This document shows, one piece after another, positions 59,304-64,000 of a DNA stretch of 64,000 nt. The stretch covers positions 462,096 to 526,095 of the forward strand of contig CBDBKU010000001.1 of NCBI GenBank assembly GCA_965206775.1, read 5' to 3'. The notes under the pieces are model-generated. The model saw only the letters and a program-made list of their open reading frames with translations. It was not told where the DNA came from and did not search any database. Both the position numbers and the translations under genes were made by a program. Positions within the stretch are counted from its first letter, which is position 1. Each line of letters starts with the position of its first letter. Source of the DNA: Bryobacterales bacterium (GTDB lineage Bacteria > Acidobacteriota > Terriglobia > Bryobacterales > UBA6623).

Positions 59304-60350
59304 TTAGGCAAAACGGCCGCCTCCGGCACTATTGACGGCGCCCGCGGCGGCCGAGGTCGACGACAGGAGCGCACCCGAGCGGATGATCGCCGGCGCCGTC
59401 ACCGCAGCGCGCTGCTCATTCTCGAATCGCTCGCTAAAGAAAGTAGTTGCGAAGATCTTGTCCCAGCACTTGAGCGCCTGCTCGCGCGTACAGTCGGTCC
59501 TGAACAGCGGCTGCAGCGTGTTGATTGCGGCGGTCAGCTTGTCGCGGAACGATCGCGCCCGGGCGTCGGCAGGCCCGATGGTGATGTAATCATCCGGCGT
59601 GACCGGATGCGCAATTTCGAGATCCCAAGTGAGCCGATCGCGTATCGCGACCATGGTGTCGTGCAGAGCGCGATCCTCACGGTCGTTCTGCCGGTAGCAT
59701 TCGATTACCAGCACGGAAATGCCGAAGCCGCTGAGCATACCCGAGCGCCAGCTATAGCGACTACGGGCGAATTTCTTTAGATCCCTGTTGATGCGACGCA
59801 ACTGCTGGCCGTCGGCTGATCTTGCGCGCTCGTTCTCGTACCAGCGTGTCACATCGCGCGCGTCAGACCGCTTCCAGCCACTGCTCGCCGCCAACTCGTA
59901 GTGGACCTCTTCGCCGAAAACAGTCGAGGTCACCACTCGACGGTAAACCGGCAGGTCGACATGGTATCCGGCCTCGTAATACACCCGCACGCAGTTCGAG
60001 CGAACCTCCGGCGCTTCCTTGAACCGGCCGTTGTCGACGGCATCACGAACCATTTGGCGAGCCTGACGCGACGTCATATCGGCACCGCGTGGACCGACCA
60101 AGTCTTCCTTGCGGAAATAGATGCCATCGTCAATGTCGTAATCGTTGTCTGGGTCGCGGACCATGGTCTTCATGGCGTAGCTGCCCTGCGCGACGAACTC
60201 GATCGGCGCAGGTTTGCCCGCCATAGCCAGTCCCTTGCGCAGCCGGTCCCGGTTGGTGTTGCGCCGATCTCGCATCCTGTCCTGCTCGGTCTTGGGCAGG
60301 GTGACATTCTGGTTGTGATACGCTCGGACGTCCTTGGAACAGTCGAACAT
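59304..60350 (-). CDS. cGAS/DncV-like nucleotidyltransferase (CD-NTase, CBASS cyclase)
   Basis: 348 aa. QGSYAMKTMVRDPDNDYDIDDGIYF (GS..DxD) and GYHVDLPVY (third acidic residue). Disordered C-terminal tail ..AVNSAGGGRFA. The start shares one base with the capV stop (TAATG at 60348-60352). Confidence 0.8.
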   Translation of the reverse strand: MFDCSKDVRAYHNQNVTLPKTEQDRMRDRRNTNRDRLRKGLAMAGKPAPIEFVAQGSYAMKTMVRDPDNDYDIDDGIYFRKEDLVGPRGADMTSRQARQMVRDAVDNGRFKEAPEVRSNCVRVYYEAGYHVDLPVYRRVVTSTVFGEEVHYELAASSGWKRSDARDVTRWYENERARSADGQQLRRINRDLKKFARSRYSWRSGMLSGFGISVLVIECYRQNDREDRALHDTMVAIRDRLTWDLEIAHPVTPDDYITIGPADARARSFRDKLTAAINTLQPLFRTDCTREQALKCWDKIFATTFFSERFENEQRAAVTAPAIIRSGALLSSTSAAAGAVNSAGGGRFA

Positions 60351-61501
60351 TACTTTTCCTTCCTTTTGCCGAGGGAGACGCGGTCCCAGACCGCGCCGGA
60401 CCCTTTCATAGCCGGTAGATCGATCATGAGGCGGCGGATCATCTCGCCGTCCTTGCTGTTGGGGTCATCGCAGACACTCTTGGTCAGGTCGGCGTCCGTG
60501 TGGGCCTGTGTCATCAAGCGATCCATCGCTTCCTGCCGGGTATCGTCGAGAGCCAGATACGGGATCATGCTGGCCGGCACAGGCTTGTTGGGGAAACGCA
60601 CCCGCCGGATCGGACGCCCGCAGCTACTGATGGCATTGGTCAAGAGCCGCGCCATGTGGTCGAAGGCGAACTCCTGGGCCGAAATGCTCAGAGGCGCGAC
60701 GTCGGCGCCAAGCGACCAGTCCAACATTGACCGGTGCGCCGACTTCGCGTCGAGGTGATCGCCTTCGTGGCGCGGACAGGTCCCAAGTGAAAAGATCTCA
60801 ATCGGCCGGTCAGACCCGGCGATCGTAAGCGCGTCGACCAGGCCGACCAGGATTGGGTTGTTGGCCCAGAGGCCGCCGTCCGCGAAGACCTGCTGGGGTC
60901 CATTCGGATCGTTGGGATCGTTAATCGCCGCGAGCGAGCGGTAGATTGGCGCCGCACTAGTCGCCATGCAGACATCGACCAACGGATAGTTGTCGTCGCG
61001 CACACCGCTGCACGGTGTCTTCTTGAATACCCACGCACGATGCTCGCTCATTAGGACAGCCGGTATAGACAGCGAGATTCCGCGCCCGCGGTATACATCG
61101 AGCATGGTTGTGTCGCCGAACACCTCATCCAGCGCCCCTCGGAGTGCCTTGTCTCCGGCGCGCACGTACCGGCCCCCCTGTGTAGCTCGATAGATGGCAC
61201 TAGTCTTACCGGCGATCCGCCGAGGAAAGATCTTCGGGCCATGGTCGCGATAGAGCCCAACTATCTCCGCCATCGGCCGGCCGATGGCGAGGGCGCAGCC
61301 GACGATCGCACCAGTACTGCTTCCCGTGATCAGGTCGAAACCGCGTCCGAGATCAAGCGCGGATTCGCCACGAATCCGGCAATATTGATCAGTCAGCCGA
61401 GCAAGAAAGGCCGCCGAGTAGACGCCGCGCATGCCACCGCCATCGAGACTGAGCACGCGATAGGCTCGCTCAACTTCCTGATCTTCAGCAGGATTTCCCA
61501 T
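60350..61501 (-). CDS. capV: Patatin-like phospholipase (CapV-type CBASS effector)
   Basis: 383 aa. LDGGGMRG oxyanion motif, GSSTG (GxSxG), ADGGLWANNP (catalytic DGG). Confidence 0.85.
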   Translation of the reverse strand: MGNPAEDQEVERAYRVLSLDGGGMRGVYSAAFLARLTDQYCRIRGESALDLGRGFDLITGSSTGAIVGCALAIGRPMAEIVGLYRDHGPKIFPRRIAGKTSAIYRATQGGRYVRAGDKALRGALDEVFGDTTMLDVYRGRGISLSIPAVLMSEHRAWVFKKTPCSGVRDDNYPLVDVCMATSAAPIYRSLAAINDPNDPNGPQQVFADGGLWANNPILVGLVDALTIAGSDRPIEIFSLGTCPRHEGDHLDAKSAHRSMLDWSLGADVAPLSISAQEFAFDHMARLLTNAISSCGRPIRRVRFPNKPVPASMIPYLALDDTRQEAMDRLMTQAHTDADLTKSVCDDPNSKDGEMIRRLMIDLPAMKGSGAVWDRVSLGKRKEK

Positions 61502-61596
61502 TCGCGCGACCCCGCCGCAACCGAGAGGGGGTTGCCTTGGCTTCTCTGTCCATCCATAATGTTATAGCGCCATCTCGGTATGAAGTCAAGTAACTA

Positions 61597-61619
61597 GATG
61601 TATTTCTTGTAAATACATC
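61597..61619. promoter_or_regulatory. Perfect palindrome GATGTATTT-n5-AAATACATC in the capV/capW divergent intergenic region (candidate CapW operator)
   Basis: 9-bp arms with a 5-bp spacer. It ends 20 bp upstream of the capW ATG (61639) and lies ~96 bp upstream of the capV ATG (61501). Confidence 0.5.
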
Positions 61620-61638
61620 GGATTTCTGGGAGGAAGAC

Positions 61639-62568
61639 ATGGACAGAGACGATGAACGACTGCGCTGGGGGGTCCGCCGACGGTTGGAGTTCATCGACTT
61701 CCGCCTGTTCTGGGATGGACGCTTCAATCGCAGGGACATGGCCGAAGCGTTTGGCATCTCGGCGCAGCAGGCCTCGGTCGACATCGCGCAGTACGAGAGG
61801 GTCGCGCCGAACAACCTCGCCTATGATCGAGCCGAGAAGGCCTACAGACGCACCGAACGCTTCAAGCCGGCCTTCATCGGCAAGACCATCGATCGGTATC
61901 TAATGCAGTTGGTCGCCTTTGAGAACCAGTGGATGCGCCGGGAAGATTCTTGGTTCGGCGCCTTCCCCGCCGTCGAGGTCGTCACACTTGGTGGCCGACC
62001 GACCGATTGGGCCGTGTTGCTCCGCGTTCTCGAGGCAGTGCGCAACAGGCTGGAGATCGACATCGAGTACGGTTCGCTGACCGGTTCTACTCAGCCATCG
62101 CGGACCATCGCACCCCATGCGCTAGCTCATGCCGCTAGACGCTGGTACGTCCGGTCGTGGTCGCGGGATCACAACGACTTCCGGGACTATAATCTCAACC
62201 GTATTACCGCAGTCGGTGATTCACGGCCGTCCTCAATCGATCCCGCTTCGGACTTCGAATGGGCCCACGAGATCAATCTTGTGATCGTGCCGAACCCAGA
62301 TCTCCCAAGTGAACGAAGGGCCGCAGTTGCCAGTGAGCATGGTATGACCGATGGAAGCCTTGTTCGCTCGTGTCGGCTAAGCCTCACCTATTACTTGATG
62401 AGCCAGTACAATCTGGACGTAGAGCCCGGCGTTCTGAAGCCAGAAAAGCAGCAAATCGTTCTGCAGAACCGGGAAGCGGTCACCCAAGCCCGCACTCTGG
62501 TTCGCGAGATGTCCGTCCAAGCGCTCACACGAGCGCAAGCCCCAGATGTGATCGAGGATCGATCGTAG
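61639..62568 (+). CDS. capW: WYL-domain transcriptional regulator (CapW/BrxR-like)
   Basis: 309 aa. N-terminal wHTH pattern LEFIDFRLFWDGRFNRRDMAEAFGISAQQASVDIAQYERVAPNNLAYD. WYL core RRWYVRSWSRDHNDFRDYNLNRI. Transcribed divergently from the CBASS operon. Confidence 0.8.
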   Translation: MDRDDERLRWGVRRRLEFIDFRLFWDGRFNRRDMAEAFGISAQQASVDIAQYERVAPNNLAYDRAEKAYRRTERFKPAFIGKTIDRYLMQLVAFENQWMRREDSWFGAFPAVEVVTLGGRPTDWAVLLRVLEAVRNRLEIDIEYGSLTGSTQPSRTIAPHALAHAARRWYVRSWSRDHNDFRDYNLNRITAVGDSRPSSIDPASDFEWAHEINLVIVPNPDLPSERRAAVASEHGMTDGSLVRSCRLSLTYYLMSQYNLDVEPGVLKPEKQQIVLQNREAVTQARTLVREMSVQALTRAQAPDVIEDRS

Positions 62569-62687
62569 GCGGCCCGCCACCTTACGGCCCAATTCGCATC
62601 TCCTACACCCATGCCGATAGCTGCGATCCTGCTCTTCGGGAGTCTAGTCCGCGCCGATCAGTTAGAACGTCCGACCCTGATTTGTTA

Positions 62688-62930
62688 ATGATCAACCTCG
62701 AAAACGCAACCCGTTGCACCTCCGTTGGCCGTCTCTCACGATTCCTTTATCCGTGGCATACCCTAGAGCGCAATGCACGCAATGGTGACCTCTTCGTCTG
62801 CAATCTGGTTCGCGAGGCTAAGCCCCGCTTCGATCCGGACTGCTACTCGTCAAAGCTCCAGAAGGCTTTCCAGTATCGTTCTGACTACATGGCTGAAACT
62901 GGCCACGCAATCGACCCAGTTAGTGCCTAG
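62688..62930 (+). CDS. Small hypothetical protein (80 aa)
   Basis: ATG 62688 within track ORF 62370..62930. Protein-like composition (MINLENATRCTSVGRLSRFLYPWHTLERNARNGDLFVCNLVREAKPRFDPDCYSSKLQKAFQYRSDYMAETG..). No family recognised. Confidence 0.35.
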   Translation: MINLENATRCTSVGRLSRFLYPWHTLERNARNGDLFVCNLVREAKPRFDPDCYSSKLQKAFQYRSDYMAETGHAIDPVSA

Positions 62931-63228
62931 TAAGGCTCGCTGACGAATTGAATTCGCATTTGTTGGCCAAGGGAGCGCTGTGGTGCTACCGGACGATCCT
63001 CAACGCCCGGAGCGCTGAGCGATGCGACCCGGTATTCGCTCCCCAGCTCCTTGCAGAGCAAACCCAATCAATCGCCGGGCGCGACCTCACCCGCCGACAT
63101 AGCGAGCTAGACGACACTGAACTGCGTCACTCGCTACGCCTTTTCCAAGGAGGAAACGACTTGACTGTCAGATTTGCCATCGATGCATTGACTTGCGCTC
63201 TCGTATGCATGTGTGAAATCCTCCGAGA

Positions 63229-63783
63229 ATGAGCATTCCCAAGACTTGGAGAACACTTCTGGACAGGCGAGACGTTCTCATCCTCGATACGGAAACCACA
63301 GGTCTTAATCGTGACGCAGAGGTTGTCGAACTGTCCATCATTGATACGACAGGCAGGGTGATCATTGATGAATTGATCAAGCCTATGGATTCGGTGCCTG
63401 AGGATGCCGCGAGGATCCACGGTATTACTGATTCAGTTCTTCGCAAGGCCGGAGCAAAGCAATGGAAATGGCACCATGACGCCGTGAAGGAGGCAATTCG
63501 AGCGGCCAAAGTGCTTCGAGTCTATAACCTGGAATACGATGAGCGAATCATCCGCCAGACTTGCGGAAAATACGGTTTACGCCACCCACTCGGATATGTC
63601 TCTCGTGGATGCGCCATGTTGGAATACGCTGAGTATCGTGCAGTTCCTGGTCGCTATGGAGACTATCGGTGGCACAAGCTAGAGGTAGCGCACAGACATG
63701 AGTGCGAGCACACCACACAAGAACATAGGGCACTCTCAGACTGCAAGATGGTGCTTGATGTGATGCGAGCGGTGGCGTCCTAA
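63229..63783 (+). CDS. DEDDh 3'-5' exonuclease (DnaQ/RNase T-like)
   Basis: 184 aa. Exo I ILDTETTG, Exo II YNLEYDERI, Exo III HRALSDC. The ATG overlaps the stop of an upstream reading frame (ATGA). Confidence 0.8.
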   Translation: MSIPKTWRTLLDRRDVLILDTETTGLNRDAEVVELSIIDTTGRVIIDELIKPMDSVPEDAARIHGITDSVLRKAGAKQWKWHHDAVKEAIRAAKVLRVYNLEYDERIIRQTCGKYGLRHPLGYVSRGCAMLEYAEYRAVPGRYGDYRWHKLEVAHRHECEHTTQEHRALSDCKMVLDVMRAVAS

Positions 63784-63834
63784 GGGACTTCCACCTAGTC
63801 ATAATCTCCCAGAGTATCCTCGGCACCGGGTCTA

Positions 63835-63912
63835 GGAGCAGTTGGCACGAATTGAACCTGTGACCTGAACCCACGTTACGAAACTGCTCTTCCAATGAGC
63901 TACAGCCGTGTT
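63835..63912 (-). other. Degenerate tRNA-like sequence (possible tRNA gene remnant / old att site)
   Basis: The minus strand reads ..ACGGCTG-TA-GCTC-ATTGGAA-GAGC-A-... with a canonical D-arm, a TTCGTAA anticodon-loop-like heptamer, AGGTC and ACAGG-TTCAATT. The anticodon stem, the 3' half of the T stem and the 3' acceptor strand do not pair. Confidence 0.25.
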
Positions 63913-64000
63913 CGGACAAGGCCCACTCTCATAAGCCTGAGACCTTTGTTTCGGGAAAGCGATCAGGCACTTGGAAGAGCGAATCGGGCGCTGTTCACGC

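Noticed and set aside
62948-63232. The full 94-aa ORF upstream of the exonuclease as a real protein.
   Set aside because: It has no in-frame ATG or GTG near its start (only TTG at 62948). Only the last 23 codons follow a strong Shine-Dalgarno sequence. The coupling is kept as an observation, but the full-length protein is not called.

Overview
High-GC bacterial chromosomal segment. The gene content suggests a Planctomycetota-, Acidobacteriota- or Verrucomicrobiota-like host, but that is inference only: several sulfatases plus a formylglycine-generating enzyme, a PVC-type membrane-bound-dehydrogenase/cytochrome c protein, and a TonB-receptor tail. Backbone blocks: 0.7-8.2 kb (FGE, SGNH hydrolase, dehydrogenase/cytochrome c pair, PHP hydrolase); 12.8-17.1 kb (winged-helix membrane regulator, then yjbQ - B12 radical SAM - uppS); 20.5-22.9 kb (BASS transporter, creatininase-family protein); 32.2-42.7 kb (five sulfatases plus a GH42-like glycosidase); 43.5-45.1 kb (AbgT transporter). 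Between these blocks the DNA is strongly mosaic. It holds an IS66 element, an IS21 element with a nested Tn5-like IS, an IS6 remnant, an IS110 remnant, an IS4-like IS with a nested group II intron, one intact tyrosine integrase plus two integrase fragments, and several gene fragments. For four insertions the exact termini and target-site duplications can be read, and removing each element restores the host reading frame. Toxin-antitoxin and defence content: two mazEF-like loci with both toxins inactivated, an intact vapBC, and an AbiE-like module extended to three genes (the third is broken by IS21). An island at 47.8-63.9 kb begins with the integrase and carries a type II-like CBASS: patatin CapV, CD-NTase and Cap2, with no Cap3. 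It has a divergent CapW-like WYL regulator with a candidate operator palindrome, a UvrD-helicase/Cas4-like-nuclease fusion gene split by the IS+intron, and a DEDDh exonuclease module next to a degenerate tRNA-like sequence. The best candidates for an undescribed system are the three-gene AbiE-like/Mrr locus (23.9-26.2 kb) and the genes accompanying CBASS (helicase-nuclease, small ORFs plus exonuclease). No rRNA genes, CRISPR arrays or convincing intact tRNA genes were seen. All family calls come from motif recognition by eye, not from searches.
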